Below are positions 24,866 to 37,881 of a stretch of 64,000 bases of DNA, piece by piece. The position numbers and the translations under genes were made by a program. Every line of letters starts with the position of its first letter. Position 1 is the stretch's first letter. The notes under the pieces were generated by a model. That model was not told the origin of the DNA, made no database searches, and worked only from the letters and a program-made list of their open reading frames with translations. The stretch lies in the NCBI GenBank assembly GCA_964247055.1, contig OZ176058.1, positions 2,046,001 through 2,110,000 of the forward strand, given 5' to 3'. This DNA comes from Paragordius varius (taxonomy: Eukaryota; Animalia; Nematomorpha).

Positions 24866-25957
24866 AAAAAAAATAGTGATTTTATGAGTAAGTATATCTT
24901 CGAATGTGTCAAACATCTATCAAAATATTTACCGGTATTATCGCCATAGAAACAAAAAATATTTTTTTAGTCATTTTAATATTTTTAGGCACCATTGAAA
25001 ATATATGGTATACATTAGTTCCCAAACTCTTGATAATAATATGTCGTTTTAGAATTAGATTTAACATATACAAGCTAATTTTTTTAAAACTTCCTTGATA
25101 TCTAATAACTATAACTACTTCATGACTTTTTTACTTTTTTGTCGTAGTTGACATATTGGGGTAGTTAATATCCTAGCGCTCAATTTTGCAAATTACTGTT
25201 TTAAAAGTTATTTTTGTTAAAATTAAATAATCAATTGCTCTTATGTATTTAGAGGGAAATTTTACAGGTTTGTTAATTCTAGAGTCTAGTATTAGGACAT
25301 CCCCAAAATAATAATTAAAATAAACAGCTGATTTTCAAATCACTAAACCTGAAAACTTATTAAAGTTAATTATTTTTTATACAATTATTTGCCTGTTGAA
25401 TTGTTAGCGTAAATTAATCGAAAAAAAAGGCGGCGAAAATGTTTGAGTTAGGGATTTTTTTATATTTTAATTTTTTTTCTATAATGATGAGCCTTAACAG
25501 AAAGCATGTCATAAATTGGGCTTAATATCTTAAATATTTTTTAATATATTTAAATTTCAAGTTGTCCTGGGATATAAAACTACACACAAGATGGATTGTT
25601 AAAAGGACTATATATAATGTTTATTTGGAAGATTGTAAGTTTGGCAATACCCTTAAATTTTTATGTTATAAAGGCCATACCATATAAGTCAAATTTATAT
25701 TTTAATACTTGACAGCCTAAAAACAAAATAAAGCATTCAACGTAAAAATTTTACGGTGTAAATATAATATCTTTATTATTATTGCAATTATAATTCAGCT
25801 AAAATTGAATAATTATATTAGGGTAAATTTTCAATTATTACAAGTAATCTTTGTCAAATGTAAAAATAATAATTAAATATAAACTAAAAATCTAAGTGTA
25901 AATAAAAATTATTCACTGAGAAATGCAACTAAAAAAACATGTGTGTAATGTTATTAA

Positions 25958-26476
25958 CACTTGGATACAATACATTCATTTCAGTCCTTCGTTCAAATTG
26001 GGGTAGTTGGATACCTTAGGAGGAATTGACACCATAAATATTTGCACATTTATAATATTAATGAATCGAAATATATAAATAATTTAATTTATATATATTC
26101 GTTAACTATTTTTAGGTAAAACCTCAAGGTATAAATTTAATCAGCATGTGTGTGCATTAGCTAGATTTAAAAAATATAAAATAAACCAATTTTTCTGTTT
26201 CTATTTATGTTAGATGTGATATAAAAAAAATTTGTTTTCATTTTAGCTTTAAAATCAATTAAACACGATATTTTCGAAATATGTTGTAATATAAAAATGG
26301 CGTCGAAGTAGTTTGATATGGAACTTTTTTTAAAACCAAATTTTATCTAGATATCTCGGCTTATTTATATATTTTATATTAGGATAAAAGCATAATTTTA
26401 AATTGGCACCGTTGTTTTTTATAAATATAAACTAAAAAATAGTCTGAGGTATTTTACCCCAATTTGAATCGAAGTC
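25958..26476. mobile_element. piggyBac-like MITE, near full length
   Basis: TTAA|CACTTGGATACAATACATTCATTTCAGTCCTTCG...CCCCAATTTGAATCGAAGTC. Other copies at 28437-28795, 39586-40161, 40166-40485, 40490-40810, 55029-55595 and ~56400-56920. Confidence 0.65.
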
Positions 26477-27225
26477 TTTAGAAAAAGTTTGTGATGTTAT
26501 TTATATTGTTAAGATGTTTCTTTCCGTTCATTATATTTTATTCTTTGTTTTTTCTTTTAAAATTATTTTTGTTCGTTGTCTTAAGGGTTAGCATACCCAC
26601 AAATATTGCATAGATGTTTGACACATATACATTTTAGAATTTTTTACGGGTCGCATATAATTCGCAAATTCTATCCTTATGCCATTTAGTTGATTTGAAA
26701 ATAAAAATAATTTGATAAAACCATTTATTAACAATTCATATAAGTTGAAATTTAATATTAAATTAACCAAAGTTATGGACACAGTAAAAATTAAAATTAT
26801 ACGGACGAAATGTGAAAATATAAAGACAAATATTTTTTCTAAAGACAACCATACTTTTTTAACTATAAGTTATTATAAAATGTATAGTTACCACTGTAAA
26901 ATATAAATTAACTTTATTTCATAGTTTACAAATTTAAACAATGTTATATATTAAAAAAATCACGATTGAAAAAGTATGGTATTGTCTTTTTGAAAAAAAT
27001 ATATTTGTCTTTACATTTTTACGTTTTGTTCGTATAATTACTGTAAAATAAAATAATTGTATTCCTATTATTTATTTAACCATTTACGGATAATTTTCGT
27101 TTTTAGCAATAGATGCCGTTTATATATGTTATTAAAAATTGATAATCATAACCCTGGAATTATTTTTAAAAAATAGTAAAATATAAAATAATTTTATAAA
27201 GCGTATAAATAGATGCCCAAAATTA

Positions 27226-27513
27226 CAGTAAAAATTGAAATGTTACGGACAAAACGTGAAAATATAAAGACAAATATTTTTTTCTAAAAGACAACCATAC
27301 TATTTTAAACCTTAATTGTTTTAAATATAAGCAATTGTTTTGAACTATAAAGTATAATATAAATTGTTAATTGGTAGCACAATCACTTACATTTTTTACG
27401 ATTTGTCCGTCTTTAATAGGATGAATTAAGTTTGAAAAAGTATGGTTGTCTTTGAGAAAAAAATTTTGTCTTTATATTTTTACGATTTGTCCGTATAATT
27501 TCAATTTTTACTG
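27226..27513. mobile_element. Palindromic ~285-bp MITE (TA|CAGT...ACTG|TA, Tc1/mariner-type ends), exemplar of about 16 copies
   Basis: CAGTAAAAATTGAAA.TATACGGACAAAACG...CGTTTTGTCCGTATAATTTCAATTTTTACTG. Other copies near 26782, 28810, 30100, 36280, 38620, 40944, 42430, 42995, 43995, 44748, 47279, 48110, 58809, 59515, 63505. Confidence 0.85.
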
Positions 27514-29658
27514 TAAAAAAATATCACATAATAATCAGTTAAAATTTATCATTTTTATGCATTTTTAAAGCCTCTCTGCGTACTATAGATAAAATTAGCT
27601 TAAGTAATATGAATAATTGGCATTAGAAAAATAATTTTAGCGGATTGAATATAAAGTTTCAGCATGTCCTTTATATTTAAATAAAATTGACAGTCAATAT
27701 TTTAAGATATTATTTTATTACTACTTGTTTATGTTTTGTATGTATTAAATAATATACAGCATTTAAAATTAGTATAGATAAATCAGGAGTGTGCAACACA
27801 CGTGATTCTCCAAAATATTTTTGCAGTAGGTATGTAATAGATATCATCTTAAATTCAAAATTTTACGTAATCAATCTAATTAAATTTAAAATTTTCTTAA
27901 ACAAATTTTCCGATTATTCTTGGCAAAGAATCAGGATTGATAAATGCATAGTAGTTTTTTACCGTCGTAAGGTCAAAAACTTAATAAAATATTTGTTATT
28001 GCATTTTTCAATCCAAAAATGCGACTGCAAAGCCATTTGCGTTGAACATCCTTCCTTGCTTTATAACTAATAAAATTACTGCAAAAATCAATATGGTGTT
28101 TAAATTAATTTTAACTAACAAAAGGAATGACCCCTTAATTTTGATGAAAATTAATTAAAAACGAGAAATTTATTTTAATATATATATACAGTCATGTATG
28201 CTTAATTTTATCAAAAATTTATTTTTTTTGTTAAATAGGTATAAATATTTGGTAAAGAATGGAAAAACATGATATGGTAATTCTTATACTTTTTTGATGA
28301 ATATGATATTGTTAATACCATACAGCTCTTTTTTTCCATTTTTAACAAAAATTTATACCCATTTAACGAAAAAAATAAATTTTTGTAAAATAAAGGATAC
28401 ATGACTGTATATCTTTTTATTCAATATTTTATTTATCACTTCGATTCAAATTGGGGTGTCTAAATACCCCAGGCAATTTTTAAATTGATGTTTAAAAGTA
28501 CTGAAAGAAACCGTTTCCAATTTAAATTTATGCTTATCCCTATAAAAATTGTATAAATTTTAAAAAAAGTTCCAAAGCACTTCGACGCCATTTTAATACA
28601 TTTTTGCAAAATATCGGCTTTATTAAATTTTGCTAAAATTAAAGCTATTTTTTTATATATTTGCATTTAATATTGACAGAAAATTGGTTTATTTTGTTTT
28701 ATTTTTAATTATGCTATTGCACACGTCATGTTGTCTTTACCCTTGGGTTTTTAAAATCAAGTATTTTGAACAATTTTTTAACATTTTGGTTTATTATTGT
28801 TATATATAGTAAAAATTAGAATTATACTGACAAAACGTAAAATTATAAAGACAAATATTTTTTTAAAAAGGCAACCATACTTTTCAAATCGTGATTTTTT
28901 TATTTTACAGCGAACAATGAAATAATGATGTATTTCGGTAACACAATTAATTATATATTTTACAGTGGTATATCTTTTTATAAAAAAATTAAGGTTTAAA
29001 AGTATGTGGTTGTCTTTTAAAAAATAATATTTGTCTTTATAATTTTACATTTTGTCCGTATAATTTCGATTTTACTGCAAGTGCAATTTTTGCCATCGTT
29101 GCAATTCCTTCCATATTTTTTGATGTATTTAATTTTAAATAGGCCTTGGGGCATCTGAACTACCCCAATTAGAATAGAAGGACTAAATTGATTGTGATTA
29201 AGTGTTAAAATATGATTTGTTGTTATAAAATTATTTTAAAAATTAATCAGCTGTTTGACACATTTTGCATTTATTTCGCTTATATGGCGTTGACATTAAC
29301 ATGTCGAATTAGTAATTATTTATTCAGACTGTTTTTTAAAAAAACTGTAATCTCAAACTTGATTATAATCAAATAAAAATTAATAAATTAGATTTATCTA
29401 TACTAATAATTTTTTATTTTGAACGAATATAATTAATATTGTGATGTTCAACGCGCCATCTATTTTGTATTAAAAAATAAATTTTCTATGAATTGTTCTA
29501 AAGCAGAGGATATAACACGCGACTGACCCGTTGAAAATTTGTAATTCCATAATTTGTAAGAATATACTGACAAAATTTCAGTTAAAAATTGATATATTTT
29601 TTAAACATTTTATCTAAATAAGTCTATACAATTGAGAAATATGGTAAAATGTTATATA

Positions 29659-29900
29659 CCATTTACAATTCAAATTCATCCTCCAATACCATTTACAATT
29701 CAAATTCATCCTCCAATTCAAATTCACCCTAAAATACATTATGTTTTATATTTAAAAATTTCCTATATTTTTATATCTTTAAAAAAAAAAACTTTGTATA
29801 AATTAAAATTATACTGAAAAATAAATAAACTAAGCCATAAATATATATTTGATGTAAATAATGACCGAAAACATAATTTATTTTAGGGATTTGAATTGTG
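29659..29900. mobile_element. TATA|CCATTT 21-bp-repeat MITE, degenerate copy with duplicated terminus
   Basis: ATACCATTTACAATTCAAATTCATCCTCCA occurs twice in tandem. Similar copies at ~30585-30822 and ~48730-49020. Confidence 0.6.
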
Positions 29901-31013
29901 AATAATCTTAACAATTATTTATGAATATCCATATATATAAGGAATTGACATATAAAGACAATTATTTCTCTTCAAAATATAATTTAAGTTTTTTAGCCTT
30001 TAATTTATCTATTATAAAGGATAATTGCAATCGTAAAATATATGATTGATTGTGTTACCAATATATATATATACCAATTTCATACTTTGCTATTCCAAAC
30101 AATAGTTTGTTCAAAAAATCAAAATACATAAAGTATGGTTGTTTGTCATTAAAAAAAATATTTGACTTTATATTTTTACATTTTGTCCGTATAATTTCAA
30201 TTTTTACTGCAAAATTTTTATTTATCGTTTTTTTAATGTTAGGGTATTTATGTCATAATCAGATTTTATAAATTTAAAAAAAACATAGATTAAAAAGTAA
30301 TATACAGTATGAGTAAGTATATACATTGCTAGAGAGTTATAAATTGTTGCCAAATAGCATAAACAACAAAGGGCAGTATTATTGGCCTATGGTTATTTTT
30401 TTCCATTTTTATCATTAATAGCCAATAATACTTCTCTTTGTTGTATTTACTATTAGGCAATAATTAATAACTTTCCAGCAATGTATACTTTATAAAAAAA
30501 TCTGTGTATACTTTCTTAATTTCTTTAAAACTATATTTTTGTTTATAAGGATTTTATCAATTAACGGCAAATATATTATTTAATATTCAAATTCACCCTT
30601 GAACAATTCAAATTCAACTTGAAAATAAATTATGTGTTTTTGGCTGATATAGCTCATCATTAATATCAATATATTTTTATGGCATATTTTCAGTATGATA
30701 TTAATTTTAAACAAAATTTAAATTTTTTAACAATAAAAAAATATAGGTATTTAATTTTAAAAAAGACATAATTTATTTTAGGGAATTTGAATTGTTTGAG
30801 GGTGAATTTGAACTGTAAATGGTATATCTAAAACTATTAATTTTAAAAAACACAAAATTAAATAAATTTATTTTATTTTTTATAGTATAATATATATATT
30901 AATTGGTAAAACTCAATAATATTTTAGCAATAAATGCGCCATCACTTTCGCCGACTATCACCGGTTACGGTATAATCCAAATCAGCTGTTTTCTTATATT
31001 TTCAAACAATTCT

Positions 31014-31072
31014 TTACAAAAACAGAACAACCAGAATACTTATAAATAGTAGGATTATCACCATCCAATATG
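31014..31072 (-). CDS. STX8: STX8 exon 8 (tail-anchor TM helix and stop)
   Basis: tatatag|CA TAT TGG ATG GTG ATA ATC CTA CTA TTT...TTG TAA. Confidence 0.9.
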
Positions 31073-32868
31073 CTATATATAAAAAATAGAAATTATTTAA
31101 AAATAAATTATATTAAATTTTTTTTTTTAAATTTTATAAAAAAATGAAAATATTGAATAATAACTAAAAATGAAAATAAAAGAATGATTAATTTTGAGGT
31201 GTAATGGTTTTCAAATAGTGTCATTAACTTTTGAAATAATATTATGAATAAATATATAAAATTTTATTTATATTAAATTCAAGAATGCATCAAAGTAAAA
31301 GTTTAATTTTGGATAAAATAAAACATAACAAGAACTTTATTTAAAATAAGGATTGATATTAAAATAAAGATTGAAATATATATTATGTATAAATATATAT
31401 AAAATATTTTTAATATTAATTTTGGAGGTATGCGTTAAATTTTGGATAAAATTAAAAAAAATTAACAAAATATTTAAAATAAGGATTAATATTTTTAAAA
31501 TTTAAGGGTGTTATAAAAAATTGATGTTTAGATTTATATATTAAAAAACACATGTTTTTTCATTCAATAACGCAATATTTTCGTTTGCCGATTTTTAATT
31601 ATTCATAATTTGCTTAAAATATAATATCTACAATTCAAATTCATCCTTGAAAAATTTAAATTTATTCTCAAAAAATTCAAATTAATCCTTGAACAATTCA
31701 AATTCACCCTAAAAATAAATTATGTGTTTTTGGGGTAATATAACTCATCATTAATGATAAAAATATTATTATGGCATAGTTTATTATTTTTTTATTTAAA
31801 TTAAACAAATTTCATTTTTAAAAAGATTAAAAAATATAAAAGTAATTTTTAAATTTAAAAACACATTTTATTTAGGGTGAATTTGAATTGTTCCAGAAGG
31901 GTGAATTTAACTGTAAATGGTATATAGATGGATAGTTTTATATATTATTTTAAAAATTATTGGATATATAAACTTTTTTAAAAATATCAAAAAGTTATGT
32001 TAAATATACCTTATAAAATTGAAAACAGGAATATAAAAAATATTTATTATATATATTTTTAATATTTTTAAAAATTAAGAATCGTCTGCGAACGTTAACC
32101 GTTAGGATAATTTTTTCTGTGCGCAGACGAAAGTTTTATTTAAAATTGTTTTAAAAGTATTTATGTCAGTTAATAGGAATATACGATAAGATTTTGGAAT
32201 ATATCTTAATTCTTGGATAAAAGAGAGGTATTTTTGTAGATTTTTCTATTTTTATCAATTTTTTAATTCTTTGTGCAGACATAAGCTTTGTTTATAATTG
32301 GTGATAAAATTATTATTTAAATACAAGTTGTAGTTGAAATTTTATATATATATAATTCTCGAAATAGAGGGTTATATATTTATCATCCAATTTCAAAAAC
32401 GATGATATTTTATTATTATTTTAATTCTATATTTCATTAAAAAAGCTTGATATGCAATATAATTTTAGGTTAAAATCACATTTATTACCAATCCAATATC
32501 ATATACTTCATATGTTTTTTCCAAGATTAATATTAATTTAAAATAAAAATAATATAAGAAATTATATTTCGAAAAAATTAATTAAAGTGAAAAATTTAAA
32601 ATAAAATATATTTAAGTTTAATATTTTTTTAAAAAATTATATTATTATTATTGTAATTAAAATAACAATTAAAATAAAAATCACAATAGAATAATAAAAT
32701 ATATATAAAATTTTTATATTAATCAATTACTTAGTTAAAAATAATAAAACGGTTTATTAAAAATTAATAAATATCAATTTTTTTATATAACATTAGATCT
32801 TTTCGCTAAATATTTTAACTATAAAATTAAATTATTTTAATAAAAAATTAAATGATAAAATGTATATA

Positions 32869-32908
<40 letters not shown>

Positions 32909-35900
32909 AAATAAAATTAATATTTTTTAAAAATTTATTTCTTCCAAAAAATAAATTAAAATAAATTACGGCAAGTAGACTTGTTTTGTCTCAAGTATTG
33001 TCTCACATTTCGAGTTTGTGCTTCGAGTCTGTGAGTAAGGCCATACATGCCCACACTTATATTATCAATAATTTCTAATTTAAAAATAATTTTTTTTATA
33101 ATTATTAATTTTAGAAAAAAATCAAAAATAGATTTATAAAAATAATAAATTTTAACTTTTATAAAAATATAAAAAATGGTTTAATTTAATATTTAAAAAA
33201 AATTTAAGAATTTCTTATGTATTATCGATAATTTTCAAATTTTATATTTAAAAGTATAAGAAAAAAAATTATATAAAAATAATACGAATTAATGTCATAT
33301 CCACAATTAATTATTAATTTTAATTATCTTCAAAAACATTTTTAATTAGTTTTTTTTTAATTTTATAATAATATTATTTACTACAAAAAAACTAATAAAA
33401 ACTTACAAAAAATAAAAAAAAAATTGAAATATATTAAAATTAGGCATCTTAAAAATAATTCATTAAAAAATATAAATATATTAATAATTCTGATTAAAAA
33501 GATTGAAATTAAAATAATATAGGAAAATTTTAAATATTAATTTAATTTTTTTTATTTTTTTAATTTAAAAAATTATAATTCTTATAATTAAAACCATTTT
33601 GGTTTTGGACTTCACTGTGTATCATTTGCGCAGCATTTTTGTGTTGGCCAATTATATTAACCAGGTGAGATAATTTATTTTCCTGATCTAAAATAATTTA
33701 TTAATAAATAACTATATAAAATAAATAATTAGATTGAAAAAAATTAATTATTAAATTCATTTCTAAATAAAATAAAAATATTTAACATTAAAATTAAAAA
33801 TTATAATTTTTTTTATAATTTATTAAATTAAAAAATATTAGAAAAAAACATTTAAATCAAATTCAAATATAAATCAAGAGTTTTTATAATATTTTTAATT
33901 TAAAAATAATAACATGCATATGGTATCAAAATTTATATTATATTTAAAAATGTTTTTTTTATTTTTTTCGCAAAATTAATAATTAAAAAAAAAATTAGGA
34001 AATATTAAATAATATATTAAAATTAAAAAAAATAATTATTTTAAAATCAAACCTAATTCTATCGTATCCCGTTGTGTTGAACTTAACAGTGCAGTTCTGT
34101 CATCATCAATATTTTCATTATAATCATTTTCATTATAATTATTTTCAATATTTAAATTATTTTTATTATAATTAAAATTATTTTTATTAAAATTATTATT
34201 GTTTTCAAAATCATATGTTTCCAAAGAATTTTTTCTTAACGTTTCTTTATTTTTTTCATGGAAATTTAAATTATTTTTATTATACATATTATTAAAATTA
34301 TTTGAATCAAAAATATTATTTTCAATATCCCAATCTTCGATAGATAGTAGAGATCTAAAATATATAAAATAAAAAAATTAATTATAAATATATATTTATA
34401 AAAAAAAAATTATAATATATATAAAAAGTATTATTTTGAAAATAAATAAAAATTATTAATAAATTTACATTATTTATAAAAACAGAGTTTAACTCTATCT
34501 AATAAAATATTTAAACAAAAATTAATGAAAAGATAAAAAATTTCAATATATAGTCTAAAAATATAATTGACAATTTTTAGACTAAAATATTTTATAGAAC
34601 AAAAATTAATGAATTAAAAATTTCTCAATATTTTAGATTATAGTATTAATAAAGATAAAAAAATTAATAAGTTGACATTATTCTAGACTAAAATATTATA
34701 TAAAAAATTTATAAATTCCCAATAGACTAAAATAAATATATTAGAAAAATAATCAAAAAATTAAAAATTTGTAAATATTTTAAACTAAAAAATAATTAAA
34801 AAATTGAAAATTACTCAATATTTTAAACTTAAATATTTAAAATAATATTTCAAAGTATTATAAATTTAAACCCTAATATATTAGACTAAATATATTAGAA
34901 AATTAAATAAATCAAAAAATTAATAATTTCCTAATATTTTAGACTCAAATATTTTAAAAAATATAAATTTTAAAAAAATAGACTAAAATATATTAAAAAA
35001 TAAAATAATTAAAAAATCAAAAATGAAAATATTTTAGACTAAAATATTTTATTAAACAAAAAATAATTAAAAATTTCCAATATTTTCGACTAAAATATTT
35101 TATTAAAAATAATCAAAAATTAAAAATTCTTAATATTTGAGACTAATATTGAAATTAAAAATTATTAAAAAATTAATCCAATATTTTAGACTAAAATATA
35201 TACAAAATAAATAATTAAAAAATTAATAAATTGAAATGCTTTTCGACTAAAATATAATAAAAAATAAAAATATTTAAAAAATTATTAAGTTGACATTATT
35301 TTAGACTAAAACATGTTAAAAAATAAAAATAACCAAAAAATTAATAAGTTGTCATTATTTTAGACTAAAATATTTTATTAGAGTAAAATAATTAAAAAAT
35401 TAAAAATTTCCAAATATATTTGAGTAAAATAAATATATTAAAAAAATAAAAAATTGTCCAATCTTTATTTTATCTATCATAATAAATGATAAAAACGATA
35501 ATATTATCGATTTTTTACAGCCTTTTTTTACACATGTAAAACCATTAAAAAATAAATTAGTTTTTTATTGAATGTTGTTTGTTTTCAAGGTTATATTAGG
35601 ATTCCAAAAAAATATATTTTTAAATTTCAGAAAAAAAATTCAGTTTCTTGGTCTTAATAAAATCCATTTAAAAAATCTAAAAATATATACCATTTACAGT
35701 TCAAATTAACCCTTAAACAATTCAAATCCACCTATGAACAATTTAAATTCACCCTTAAACAATTCAAATTTACCTTCGATCAATTCAAATTCACCCTAAA
35801 ATAAATTATGTGTTTTTTAATATTAAATTATACCTATATTTTTCATTTTTTTTACTGGTATCTCAAAATAAAACTGAAAAAATAATAACATTGCCATAAA

Positions 35901-36834
35901 AATATATTTTTTATAATGAGTTATAATGAACCGAAATTTCATAATTTATTTTTAGGGTGAATTTGATTTGTTCAAGGGTGAATTTGAATTGTTTGAGGGT
36001 GAATTTGAATTTTCAAAAGTGAATTTGAATTGTTCAAGGGTGAATTTAATTTGTTCAAGGATTTTGAAAAAATGGTATATAATGTTTTTGAATATTTATA
36101 AATGTAATGGTTTAAATTTAAGATAAAAACAATGTGTGGGCCCCTCTCAACAAAATAATTAAAAATTTAAAAAATATTTTTTGTTACAAAAAAAACTAAG
36201 GACATTATTTTAGAAATTTAGTGGCTATTTATTTCGATTCAATGTTATTACATTAACTATAAAACAAAGGTTTTATAACTGAGAAATTATACGGACAAAA
36301 CGTAAAAATATAAAGACAAGTATTTTTTTCTATTATTATGTTTCACTAAAACTCATTGTTTTAAATGAAGTGTAAATAGAGTAGATACTATATTACTAAG
36401 ACAATCAATTCTATATAATCTTACAATTGTAACTAAATAGTTTATATGAGAAAAAAATAAGGTTTGAGAAGAATGTTTGTTTAAGATATTTGTCTTTAAA
36501 TTTTTGCGTTTTATCCGTAGTATAATTTCAATTTTTACTGTATTTTAAATATTATCAACATAATTAATAACCATAAATCAAACCTAAAATCATATCTACA
36601 AATTCAAAAATTATTTTTTCAGGTAAAAAAAATTATAAAAAAAGTCAAGGAGCAGCAAGTGAAACCAAAAAGTCACGTGCACATGATTCAAGTGGGCGAC
36701 ATATATTCAAATAAATATAAATATATATAGTTAAAATCCATATTATGAATTTTTATATTTATCAATTGGAAATTTTCAAGAAATAACTTTTAAAACATAT
36801 AATTAGTAAAAATATATATTTATAAAATATATAA

Positions 36835-36865
<31 letters not shown>

Positions 36866-37835
36866 CTAGATCTTACAATTTAAATTCCCTTTTAAACAAT
36901 AATTCACCCTTAAACAATAATTCAAATTCACCCTCAAATAAATTATATGTTTTTTAAGATTAAATATTACATATATTTTTATATGTTTTCAAAATATGAA
37001 ATTTGGTCAAAATTTATAATAAAACTGAAAAAATAATAACCTATGCCATAAGAATATACATCATATTAATGATAAAATATATTAGTTCGAAAACACATAA
37101 TTTATTTTTAGGATGAATTTGAATTGTTCAAGGGTAAATTTGAACTGTAAATGGTTAATTTTAATAAATTATATGAAATATATATATATATATATCTATT
37201 AAAATTATATTAAAAAAACTAAAAATTATATACCCCTTAATACTTTTTTGACTAGTATGATAAGGTGAATAATTTGAGTTTTCATCGTTTGAAGCATTTG
37301 TTAAATTTGTTGTATGACTGGGAGAATTAAAATTATTTTTATCAAGTTTATTTTCAAAATTAATTTTATTTTCAAAATTTTGAAAATTAATTAAATTATT
37401 TTCATTATTAATATCTAAAAGTAATGTTTGATTATTGGTTTGATTTTTTTGTTCAAATGTGAACAATTCTGATTTATAAAGGCTATCCATAAAATTGTGT
37501 TTATTCAACAGGTTATTTATATGGTTGGTGCGTTGATTAAATTCATGATTTGTTCTGCAAATGGTTAAAAAATAAAAAAATAAAAAATATAAAAATATTT
37601 AAAAAAAATAAATTAAATATTACGTATATAAAAGATTATTATTGAAAATTATAAATAATTATTTTTAATATACTAAAAATTTAAAATAGCAATCAAAAAT
37701 TATTCCAAATTTTCAGCATTATGCCTTTATTTATCACCATTAAACTTCTCTTAAAATATAAATTTTTTTACAAAATTTATAAATTAAAACTTTTGAAGAT
37801 ACAGATATAAATATAACAAAAAAACATTTTTATAA

Positions 37836-37881
<46 letters not shown>

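Larger units (their letters stand above)
18300..25635. repeat. Old ~3-kb repeat, copy 2 (interrupted by the 4.4-kb Chapaev3 derivative)
   Basis: Collinear with 800-6585. Similarity stops at 19573 and resumes after 23973. Confidence 0.65.

Noticed and set aside
27789-28070. ORF with IRIDKCIVVFYRR, faintly like piggyBac TIDE..V.F.GR
   Set aside because: Too short and weak, with no further motifs or termini. Needs an HMM search.
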